Source: a virus
DNA length: 31,982 nucleotides
IMG/VR virus record: IMGVR_UViG_3300021513_000090
Direction: 5' to 3' (one strand)
The notes under the pieces are model-generated. The model made no database searches. It saw only the letters and a list, made by a program, of their open reading frames with translations, and was not told the DNA's origin. The first letter of the stretch is position 1; every line of letters starts with the position of its first letter. This document shows, one piece after another, positions 1 to 7,952 of this stretch. A program made the translations under genes and the position numbers.

Positions 1-2
1 GT

Positions 3-752
3 GAGTATGCATATTGCCAGGAGGCTTGCGAGCTGGGATGTCAGGGTACATGTGAGCTGTCGAATCAGGGAGCCGGCTGCCAGGAAGCATGTGAGTCGGC
101 GTGCCAGGGCACATGTGAACTGGAGTGTCAGGGTGAGTGCCAGTCAGGGTGCCAGGGGGTATGTGAGGAAGCATGTGAGCTGGCGTGCCAGGGCACATGT
201 GAGGTGGAGTGCCAGGAAGGATGTCAGACAGGATGTGAGACATCGTGCCAGGGCACATGCCAACACGGGTGTGAGGAACTCTGCCAGGAAGGCTGTGAAA
301 CCACGTGTGAGTGGGGATTTTGTCAGTTAAAATGTCAATCTAGCTGCCAGGGCACGTGTGAGATCGCCTGCCAGGGCGAGTGTCAGGAAGCATGTGAGAC
401 GTCATGCCAGAGCACATGCGAAATGGAGTGCCAGGGCGAGGGGTGTCAGACAGGATGTGAGGAAGGATGCGAGGAAGGATGTGAATCAGGTGGATGCCAG
501 GGCACATGTGAGGTGGAGTGCCAGAACGGCTGTATGACCGGATGTGAGGTGTCATGTCAGGGGACATGTGAACTCGCCTGCGAAGAAGCATGTGAAAGTG
601 GACATTGCCAGGGAATATGTGAGTACAGCTGCCAGGGTACATGTGAGGTGGAATGTCAGGGTCCCTGCCAGGCGGTATGTGAAACAAGCTGTCAGGGGAC
701 ATGTGAGATAGAGTGTCAGGGAGAGTCAGAAGGGGGAGGACCGCCGGAATAA
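3..752 (+). CDS. Cys-rich CxxxC repeat protein, 5'-truncated by window edge
   Basis: Frame of track ORF 204..752 is open back to position 3 (EYAYCQEACELGCQGTCEL...). Cys every 4th residue with alternating CE/CQ. Ends GESEGGGPPE*. Confidence 0.85.
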   Translation, partial: EYAYCQEACELGCQGTCELSNQGAGCQEACESACQGTCELECQGECQSGCQGVCEEACELACQGTCEVECQEGCQTGCETSCQGTCQHGCEELCQEGCETTCEWGFCQLKCQSSCQGTCEIACQGECQEACETSCQSTCEMECQGEGCQTGCEEGCEEGCESGGCQGTCEVECQNGCMTGCEVSCQGTCELACEEACESGHCQGICEYSCQGTCEVECQGPCQAVCETSCQGTCEIECQGESEGGGPPE

Positions 753-753
753 A

Positions 754-3063
754 ATGCCAGATTGTGAATCTTATTGTGAGGTATCATGCCAGGGAACATG
801 TGAGGTGGAGTGCCAGAGTGAGTGCCAGGAAGGATGTGAGACATCGTGCCAGGGTACGTGCCAGACCGGCTGCGAGGAGTCATGTGAGAATGGGTATTGT
901 ATGTTGACATGTGAGTACGGCTGCCAGGGAACATGCGAACTGGAGTGCCAGGGCGAGTGCCAGGAAGCATGTGAGACGTCGTGCCAGGGTTACTGTGAGA
1001 CATACTGTGAGTATGAGTGTGAGACTGGATATTGTCAGGAGGTATGTGAAGTCGGATGCCAGGGAACATGTGAGGTAGCATGTCAGACCGAATGTGAGGC
1101 AACGTGTCAGAGCTGGTGTGAGTCAGCCTGTCAGGGCGTATGTGAATCAGGTGGATGTCAGGGTAGTTGCGAACTTGCATGTCAAACTAGTTGTGAAACT
1201 GGATGTGAGATATCGTGCCAGGGGACATGTGAGGTAGCGTGTGAGGCAGCGTGTGAAGCCGGTGAATGTCAGTGTATATGCAATACGGCGTGTCAGACAT
1301 GCTGCGAACTGCAACCCTGTCAGACTGCATGTGAACTCGCTTGCCAGGCATCGTGTAAGTCGGCGTGCCAGGATGAATGCGAGGTTCAGTGTGAAGCAGC
1401 ATGTGAGTGGGGATGTCAGGACGCATGTGAGCTTGGGACCTGCCAGACAACCTGTGAGTTGGCGTGTCAGGCGGAATGCGAGAACCAATGCGAAACCGGA
1501 TGCGAGATTCATCCCTGCCAGACTGCATGTGAGTTAGCCTGCCAGCTACAATGTGAATTGGGGGGGTGCCAGCTAGAATGCGACGCCCAGTGCCAGGACG
1601 CATGTGAGTGGAGGTGCCAGGCGACATGTGACCTGACATGTCAGAACGCCTGTGAAGTGGGTTGTGAGGAAGCATGTGATACAACCTGTCAGACGACGTG
1701 TGAAGCGACGTGCCAGGCGGAATGTGAGTTGCAGTGCCAGGATACGTGCGAGATTCATCCATGTCAGACCGCATGTGAGCTCGGGACATGCCAGCTCACC
1801 TGTGAGTCGGCGTGTCAGGCGGAATGCGAGGTTCAGTGTGAAGCAGCATGTGAGTGGGGATGCCAGACCGCATGTGAGCTCGGGACCTGCCAGACAACCT
1901 GTGAGTCGGTGTGTCAGGGTACATGTGAACTCAGTTGCCAGGCGGAATGCGAGAACCAATGCGAAACCGGATGCGAGATTCATCCATGCCAGACAGAATG
2001 CGAAACGTCGTGCGAACTACTCTGTGAAACGATGAATCAAGCTGGAGGGGTGGGTTGGTCACGTAAAGCACCCTTCCCTGGTTGGGTGAGATGGGGAGCT
2101 GTTGGTTTTGCTATAGGCGATAGAGGTTATATCGGCACCGGACGTTGTGGTGATGAATATTACAGAGATTTCTGGGAGTACGATCCGGGCACTGATACAT
2201 GGACACAAAAAGCAGACTTCGGCGGTATAGCTCGGTATGGAGCATCTGGGTTTAGCATAGGTTCAAAAGGGTATATCGGAACCGGCAAAATCCGATCTCC
2301 AGGTTGGGTGACCAGAGATTTTTGGGAATACGACGCAACAACCAACATTTGGACACAAAAAGCGAATTTTGGAGGTGGTTGGAGAGCATGGGGTTGCGGA
2401 TTTGCCATAGGATCAGTGGGATACTTCGTGGGTGGACACAGTTTCCGCAATTGCAACTGTGTGTGCTGCTGTCGGGATATATGGAAATATGATCCGAGCA
2501 CCGACACATGGACACAAGGGACGGATATACCGGTTGGTCCCTTTACTGGTGCGTGTCATCATTCGGGTTTTTCGATAGGCGGCAAAGGGTACATAGGAGC
2601 GGTACACTGGGGGTGCGAAGACCTCTACCCGTGGTTCTTTGAGTACGATCCGGGCACTGATACATGGACACAAAAAGCAAGTCTCCCACCTGTTGAGACG
2701 TACCGAGAAGGTATACCCGCTCTTCGACTTCGCTCCTTCGGCACCGGCTTCACTATAGGGAATTATGGGTATATTGCGAGCGGTGCAGACTGTACAAGTG
2801 GTGGAGAGCTGCAATGGGTGGATTGTTACAAAGCTTACCCAATAAGATACGACCCAAGTAGCAACACTTGGTCAGTACAACCGCGTTTCGGCGGCACGCG
2901 GCGGATATTTTCATGTAGTTTCGCCATAGGGGATAGCGGATTCGTAACGACCGGATATGATAAAAACAGCCGATGCTGTGGCGATCTATGGCGATACAAA
3001 GAGACCCCGATCAGCGCCAGGACGCGGTTCACCGGAGGATTATCGCATAGAGCAATGCATTAA
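754..3063 (+). CDS. CxxxC repeat region (about 430 aa) fused to C-terminal Kelch-type beta-propeller
   Basis: ATG 1 nt after upstream stop. CExxCQxxC repeats, then Kelch blades such as GAVGFAIGDRGYIGTG...DFWEYDPGTDTWTQKADFGG. Confidence 0.9.
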   Translation: MPDCESYCEVSCQGTCEVECQSECQEGCETSCQGTCQTGCEESCENGYCMLTCEYGCQGTCELECQGECQEACETSCQGYCETYCEYECETGYCQEVCEVGCQGTCEVACQTECEATCQSWCESACQGVCESGGCQGSCELACQTSCETGCEISCQGTCEVACEAACEAGECQCICNTACQTCCELQPCQTACELACQASCKSACQDECEVQCEAACEWGCQDACELGTCQTTCELACQAECENQCETGCEIHPCQTACELACQLQCELGGCQLECDAQCQDACEWRCQATCDLTCQNACEVGCEEACDTTCQTTCEATCQAECELQCQDTCEIHPCQTACELGTCQLTCESACQAECEVQCEAACEWGCQTACELGTCQTTCESVCQGTCELSCQAECENQCETGCEIHPCQTECETSCELLCETMNQAGGVGWSRKAPFPGWVRWGAVGFAIGDRGYIGTGRCGDEYYRDFWEYDPGTDTWTQKADFGGIARYGASGFSIGSKGYIGTGKIRSPGWVTRDFWEYDATTNIWTQKANFGGGWRAWGCGFAIGSVGYFVGGHSFRNCNCVCCCRDIWKYDPSTDTWTQGTDIPVGPFTGACHHSGFSIGGKGYIGAVHWGCEDLYPWFFEYDPGTDTWTQKASLPPVETYREGIPALRLRSFGTGFTIGNYGYIASGADCTSGGELQWVDCYKAYPIRYDPSSNTWSVQPRFGGTRRIFSCSFAIGDSGFVTTGYDKNSRCCGDLWRYKETPISARTRFTGGLSHRAMH

Positions 3064-3078
3064 CAGGAGGAAACTTCA

Positions 3079-3342
3079 ATGGAAATTACAAAAGAAATAT
3101 ACGAAAGCGAATATGGATACGGATACAAAATATACGTTGACGGCAAGCTCACGATCATCCAACCACACACACCCGGGGCACCAGGGTATAGAGGGATGAC
3201 AAGCAGCGAAGCCAACGAATACGCGGATGCGACCATCAAGCGGATGAAGAAGCCGCCAGATGAGACGATGAAGAACAACCAGATGCCGGAAGAGATGATA
3301 CACGCAATACGAACAGTTGCAGCAAAATATGGTCCAAAGTAA
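3079..3342 (+). CDS. DUF4907-like small protein
   Basis: AGGAGG RBS. GYGYKIYVDGKLTIIQPHTPGAPGYRGMTSSEANEYA resembles the DUF4907 pattern as recalled (GxGYxIxxxGKxxIxQxxIP). Confidence 0.6.
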   Translation: MEITKEIYESEYGYGYKIYVDGKLTIIQPHTPGAPGYRGMTSSEANEYADATIKRMKKPPDETMKNNQMPEEMIHAIRTVAAKYGPK

Positions 3343-3351
3343 AATATAGCG

Positions 3352-4170
3352 ATGTGGTTGATAATCACCACAAACCGCGGAGTCAGGCTGATAGATACCG
3401 AATCATGGGAAGAAAATATATTAGTTGAGCGTAAATGCTGTTTCTACGGAGTATCGTGGTACAAGGATCATATTTATGTCGTCAAAGACTTCCAATCAAA
3501 ACAGCCAAAAATATGTGTTCTGGACGAGTGGTTCGATGAGGTGGGAGTATTGGATATGGGCAACCATCTAAAAAAACCACACCAAATAGTTGTTAACAAC
3601 GACAAACTATGGGTAGCGGACGCGGGAAAGGACGCGCTGGTTAAGTACGATTTTAAGAGTGGTGCCGTTTCTGATCATGCTCTACCTAATACAGGCGGCA
3701 ACTTTGGGTCCCCTCTCAGTAAAAACCATTTCAATTCGCTGACTTTCAAAGACGGACTCCTGTATGTCTGTGCACACAACGGTACCGCCCCATCAACTAT
3801 ACTTATTCTGGACAGGTATCTAAACGAAGTCAATCGATTTAATATGGGTTCAAAAACACACAACATCGCTCTAAATAAAGGTATAACTATTTGTAACTCA
3901 GCTGATGGTACAATAGAGCATGGCGAGAAAGTATATTACAAGATAAACGGTTTTACAAGAGGTCTGGCACAGACAGATGAAGAGATCATATTTGGAGTGT
4001 CCGTGCCAGCAAAAAGAAACAGGAGATCAAATGGTGTTAAAGGAGCAAGGATCGGGATTATCAAGAACGGATCGACCAAGGTAAGTGAGATGGAAGGGTG
4101 CAGCCAGGTTTACGATATCAGGATTCTGGACAAGTTTGATTATGGACACTATGTAAAACCATTCCTATGA
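3352..4170 (+). CDS. Predicted beta-propeller protein, DUF4915/TIGR03032-like
   Basis: Repeated short beta-strand blades (PHQIVVNNDKLWVADAG, HFNSLTFKDGLLYV, GFTRGLA, QVYDIRIL). Confidence 0.45.
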   Translation: MWLIITTNRGVRLIDTESWEENILVERKCCFYGVSWYKDHIYVVKDFQSKQPKICVLDEWFDEVGVLDMGNHLKKPHQIVVNNDKLWVADAGKDALVKYDFKSGAVSDHALPNTGGNFGSPLSKNHFNSLTFKDGLLYVCAHNGTAPSTILILDRYLNEVNRFNMGSKTHNIALNKGITICNSADGTIEHGEKVYYKINGFTRGLAQTDEEIIFGVSVPAKRNRRSNGVKGARIGIIKNGSTKVSEMEGCSQVYDIRILDKFDYGHYVKPFL

Positions 4171-4484
4171 AATCACTTTTCATAGGTCGGTGGCAACCCT
4201 TCCATAGGGGTCATAAAGTCTTGGTGGACACAGTGTTGAACGAAGGCAAGGATGTGGTTATTGCTATCAGGGATACCGAGATATCGTCTGATAACCCCTA
4301 CACGGTCGATGAGAGGATAGATATGATAAAGTCGGTGTACGGAGACCGAGTTGAAATAATCGTTGTTCCGGATATTGGCGAGGTGTGTTACGGTAGGAAG
4401 GTGGGGTACAAAATAAGAGAGATACGGCTGCCAGAGGATATCGAGCGCATATCAGGCACAGAGATACGGAGACAGCAATCATGA
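4167..4484 (+). CDS. Small HxGH-family nucleotidyltransferase (cytidyltransferase-like; candidate minimal sulfate adenylyltransferase)
   Basis: FIGRWQPFHRGH (HIGH motif) and C-terminal ISGTEIR; ATGA overlaps with both neighbours. Confidence 0.75.
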   Translation: MKSLFIGRWQPFHRGHKVLVDTVLNEGKDVVIAIRDTEISSDNPYTVDERIDMIKSVYGDRVEIIVVPDIGEVCYGRKVGYKIREIRLPEDIERISGTEIRRQQS

Positions 4485-4849
4485 TACTATGGCTCACTGG
4501 GAACAGTGGATCCGGCAAGACCACCCTTGCACAACACCTGAAGACAAAAGATGCAATAATCCTCGATGGTGATGAGATGCGAAAGTCGATCTCCGAGAGC
4601 GCCGGTTTCTCGAGAGAAGACCGATGGGAACACAACTTACGGGTGGCTCGACTAGCTAAAGTTTTGGAGGACCAGGGATTCGTGGTGATCGTTTCTCTTA
4701 TCTGTCCATACGAGGAGCTTAGGATGAAAATAAAAGAGATGATTGGGTGTAAGTTTATTTACCTGAAAGGAGGCAAAGTACATGATGACTATCCTTACGA
4801 AGTACCGAAATCCCCTGATATCATTCTCGAAAAGTGGAGTTTTGATTAA
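4481..4849 (+). CDS. cysC: Adenylylsulfate (APS) kinase, short form
   Basis: ILWLTGNSGSGKTTLA P-loop, LDGDEMRK, GFSREDRWEHNLRVARLAKVL and VIVSLICPY, typical of CysC. Confidence 0.85.
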   Translation: MILWLTGNSGSGKTTLAQHLKTKDAIILDGDEMRKSISESAGFSREDRWEHNLRVARLAKVLEDQGFVVIVSLICPYEELRMKIKEMIGCKFIYLKGGKVHDDYPYEVPKSPDIILEKWSFD

Positions 4850-5054
4850 GTCTGTGTTGTACAGAACGTATTCAATCTGTATTATGTTTACGATGCTGTA
4901 TGCAGCGACGGGATCGATTGAACGGTCGGCATCCTTGTCGTTTTTGATTGAAGCGATCAAATTATTCCAATACTACATTTTTGAAGTGTTCTGGAAGAGA
5001 CGATGCACGCAGTACAAACAGTCAAAACCGATCGTGAGCCACAGTGAAACATAG
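4842..5054 (+). CDS. DUF2061-like membrane protein
   Basis: Likely TTG start at 4842 after GGAG. KSVLYRTYS...TGSIERSASLSFLIEAIKLFQYYIFEVFWKR fits the DUF2061 pattern, a family often found near sulfate-activation genes. Confidence 0.6.
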   Translation: MIKSVLYRTYSICIMFTMLYAATGSIERSASLSFLIEAIKLFQYYIFEVFWKRRCTQYKQSKPIVSHSET

Positions 5055-5122
5055 ATAAGTTTAAGTGACTCCATACACAATAAATATCAACACAACGACC
5101 TTTAACGGAGAATTAGAAATAA

Positions 5123-6130
5123 ATGATAACTTCGTATCACGGTTACAATATATTGTCATCGGGCAATAAATACATCAGTGGTTGGCAGTTAGATAAAAAC
5201 AACCCGGTTATATCTCCGGCTGGAAAACGAGCATATTACCCCACGTTCCTACATGTGCCAGATGGGGTTGAATACATGGGCACAGATTACTCCTTCATCG
5301 CGTGGGCAGCCACAGCGAGTGGTGGACCCATGGAAGCGTTTGTGAGCAACGACTTCTCGACATGGGTAGGTCCGATCCCCCTGACAGGCGGTCTCGCAGC
5401 ATCGCTTTACCACGCAGCCGTTGTGTATGTTGAAGGCGATGCGAAACCGTTCAAGATGTGGGTATGGGATGGCACTGCATCCCCGATCAGTAGCCATACA
5501 TACATGGTCGAGTCTGCTGATGGTTTTGCATGGGATGCGATTCAGTCGTTTACCGCGTTCACGGTACCTTCTGGCTGGAATGACGCAGGGTATGGTTTCG
5601 GTCACATCAACTACAACCCCGACGCGACCAACACAGGCAACAATCCAAAAAACTACACATACTGGGGGTTCCTGACCGATTGTATGACCAGCACTGGCTG
5701 GGAAGCACAACTCCTTGCGTGGAGTGCAGACGGTCTAAACTGGACATGTGGTGTTGAACAGTCGATACTCCCATCAACAACATCCTCAAGTGAAGATCCG
5801 CACAGGCGTTACAGCCATATATCGCGGATGTCAGTATGTGAGTTACCCAACGGTGAATGGATTGGGTTCTTCAATGGAGGACGCAACGCCGATGTGTATG
5901 AAGGTCTCTGGATGATACACTCATACGATGGAGTATTCTTCGACCCGCTGCATTACTTCCCGCACCCGCAGTTCGGTGATAGGCTGGTCGGATCAGGGCT
6001 GTACGGGGGATACCGGACGGATAGTCCGTGCATCAGGCGAGTCGGTTCAAAACTGTACCTGATGTGGTGTGTGCAGCAGACATCTAGTTCAAGCACGCGG
6101 GCGGTTGCGGTCGCTACACATAGCGTGTAA
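5123..6130 (+). CDS. Glycoside hydrolase-like five-bladed beta-propeller
   Basis: WxxxxxNPVISP start and repeated SxDGxxW motifs (ESADGFAW, WSADGLNW, HSYDGVFF, VSNDFSTW). Confidence 0.5.
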   Translation: MITSYHGYNILSSGNKYISGWQLDKNNPVISPAGKRAYYPTFLHVPDGVEYMGTDYSFIAWAATASGGPMEAFVSNDFSTWVGPIPLTGGLAASLYHAAVVYVEGDAKPFKMWVWDGTASPISSHTYMVESADGFAWDAIQSFTAFTVPSGWNDAGYGFGHINYNPDATNTGNNPKNYTYWGFLTDCMTSTGWEAQLLAWSADGLNWTCGVEQSILPSTTSSSEDPHRRYSHISRMSVCELPNGEWIGFFNGGRNADVYEGLWMIHSYDGVFFDPLHYFPHPQFGDRLVGSGLYGGYRTDSPCIRRVGSKLYLMWCVQQTSSSSTRAVAVATHSV

Positions 6131-6177
6131 CACAAAAAGGTAGACGGTGGGGAGCCGAAGTGGTGCCCCCATCATTC

Positions 6178-6945
6178 TCAACACCAGTGAACGATCACAT
6201 CAAAAATACCATCAAGATATTCGAGATCGCTAACGAAATGATCGATCGCTTCGTCCTCATCCCACACCTCATATTGTTTTACAGATAGGCTGTCCGGTGA
6301 AGTCGCGCCCGGTGGTCGGTAGACAAACAGGACGACATTTTTAGCATCCACCGCTCCTTTATACGGTTCGATTTGTTGTTTGATTTCCCATCTCATCACG
6401 CTATCGGGACGTAGTGCGTATCCTACGATCACTTTACTCCCACCGACCAGTCCACCAATGAAATTGATTTTTCTATTGCCGATGAAGACGTTCATTATAT
6501 CGGCGCGTGATGGTGTGGGCTGTCCGTATGGATGTGTGTGAAACGATCCGATGTGCACACCTTTTGCTTTCTCGAAACATTCCACATGCTCGATTTGTAT
6601 GCCGCTGCCGGTCTCAGCTTCGGCGCAATCGGTCAGCTCGTACCCCCGCGGTCCGACATCACATACTGTGCAACCATACTCAGTAAACCACTTCTCAGCT
6701 TCTGCGAGATGGATCAACTTCATCCGTTTTTCTTCTATGCTGGAATCGACCGACACAATATGGCTCTCAATGTCGCGGGTGTATCGCCCACAGTGTTGGT
6801 CAACCGCCTGGCACAACTCCTCCTGTAGTTCGGCGAGAACACCGAGCAGCAATTCCCTAGGCGTGATCTTCTCCCCACCAACTTTCGATCTGCTGACCGC
6901 TTTTACAGCGGCTTCGAGTTCGCGTGGCATGTAGTCGAATGTCAT
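6178..6945 (-). CDS. JAB/MPN+ (JAMM) metalloprotease-like protein, paralog 1
   Basis: EYGCTVC plus GSFHTHPYGQPTPSRAD (HxH-x7-S-x2-D). Start placed at ATG 6945 (AGGT RBS; avoids overlap with the upstream gene). Confidence 0.75.
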   Translation of the reverse strand: MTFDYMPRELEAAVKAVSRSKVGGEKITPRELLLGVLAELQEELCQAVDQHCGRYTRDIESHIVSVDSSIEEKRMKLIHLAEAEKWFTEYGCTVCDVGPRGYELTDCAEAETGSGIQIEHVECFEKAKGVHIGSFHTHPYGQPTPSRADIMNVFIGNRKINFIGGLVGGSKVIVGYALRPDSVMRWEIKQQIEPYKGAVDAKNVVLFVYRPPGATSPDSLSVKQYEVWDEDEAIDHFVSDLEYLDGIFDVIVHWC

Positions 6946-6947
6946 TT

Positions 6948-6995
6948 TTAATACCTGTTGACTACCCCTGGATATGGGTCGATTTTTTGTTCCAT
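6948..6995 (-). other. 15-codon mini-ORF MEQKIDPYPGVVNRY, homologous to an internal segment of JAB paralog 2
   Basis: AGGTGA RBS; DNA 6964-7008 aligns to about 12655-12700 with few mismatches. Confidence 0.6.
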
Positions 6996-7003
6996 TTCGT
7001 GTT

Positions 7004-7387
7004 TCACCTGGCTGTGTTGGCTGTGTTACAAAATCTAACGAACCTATCAAGCGCCCATCTCATAAGGTTTTTCTTCGTTAGATCGATATATGTAACACCT
7101 ACGAACGATTCCCACATCTCGTCGATCCGGTTGAAGAGTTGATCCGGTACGTCCACGACGACATCAACAATCTTCTCATCACTAACATCTTCTGTGTTGA
7201 TGGGTACAACAATCGTCGTGTCCAGCTGCTTTATGGTTTGATCATCCAGCTGTGCGAAACGTTCCAGTGCCCATAGAACGAGTTTTCGATTCGATATTGG
7301 AATATTCACACTACCGATCAGATCGTTCCATTTAACACGTATACTGTCTAATACTGGTTTAGGTACACTTACTATTATTTTCGACAT
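7004..7387 (-). CDS. Tandem double ribbon-helix-helix DNA-binding protein
   Basis: Two internal repeats: IIVSVPKPVLDSIRVKW...RKLVLWALERF and VVVDVPDQLFNRIDEMW...KNLMRWALDRF. Confidence 0.6.
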   Translation of the reverse strand: MSKIIVSVPKPVLDSIRVKWNDLIGSVNIPISNRKLVLWALERFAQLDDQTIKQLDTTIVVPINTEDVSDEKIVDVVVDVPDQLFNRIDEMWESFVGVTYIDLTKKNLMRWALDRFVRFCNTANTAR

Positions 7388-7423
7388 ACGAGTTTCGCCT
7401 CATGACCTTCTGACTCTCATCGG

Positions 7424-7438
7424 CATATAAAACTTTCG
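7424..7438 (-). promoter_or_regulatory. Archaeal BRE-TATA promoter for the RHH/JAB1 operon
   Basis: Minus strand reads CGAAAG-TTTTATATG about 37 nt upstream of ATG 7387. Confidence 0.55.
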
Positions 7439-7475
7439 TATATGGTTACCACAGTGGGGCATCTGAGGGGAAAAT

Positions 7476-7936
7476 GTGGTACATCCCATGAGGCTTCATA
7501 CCGATACAAGATTCAGACATAGTGGTACATCCCATGAGGCTTCATACCGATACATCCCATGAGGCTTCATACCGATACAAGATTCAGACATAGTGGTACA
7601 TCCCATGAGGCTTCATACCGATACAAGATTCAGACACAGTGGTACACACGAAATTCAATGTGGCGAACATGAGAGCCGGGGCGATACAAGATTCAGACAC
7701 AGTGGTACACACGAAATTCAATGTGGCTAACACGAGGCGCCATACCGATACAAGATTCAGACATAGTGGTACATCCCATGAGGCGTCATACCGATACAAG
7801 ATTCAGACACAGTGGTACATCCCATGAGGCGTCATACCGATACAAGATTCAGACACAGTGGTACATCCCATGAGGCGCCATACCGATACATCCCATGAGG
7901 CTTCATACCGATACAAGATTCAGACACAGTGGTACA
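7476..7936. repeat. Modular direct-repeat array (iteron- or centromere-like)
   Basis: Eight copies of 28-bp CGATACAAGATTCAGACAYAGTGGTACA at 7502, 7573, 7619, 7682, 7746, 7792, 7838, 7909, separated by 43/18/35/36/18/18/43-bp linkers that are themselves repeated. Confidence 0.95.
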
Positions 7937-7952
7937 AAACCAATGAAGGTGA

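Noticed and set aside
1-2035. Many alternative-frame and antisense ORFs (1..330, 340..702, 716..1180, 1147..1512, 1187..1789, 1573..1983 and others)
   Set aside because: Shadows of the stop-poor TGY-GAG/TGY-CAG repeat; only the Cys frame has coherent periodicity and gene coupling
1-3063. Complete radical SAM RiPP system
   Set aside because: No CxxxCxxC radical SAM enzyme or transporter in the window; only the putative substrate-like repeats are seen
2035-3063. Diversity-generating retroelement target in the Kelch domain
   Set aside because: No reverse transcriptase, and the duplicated segments are identical rather than differing at adenines
4167-4484. Annotation as NMN adenylyltransferase (nadM)
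   Set aside because: Too short, and translationally coupled to cysC; substrate cannot be assigned from sequence
7476-7936. CRISPR array (28-bp repeats, two 35/36-bp gaps)
   Set aside because: Spacers are copies of each other, lengths vary 18-43 bp, and there are no cas genes
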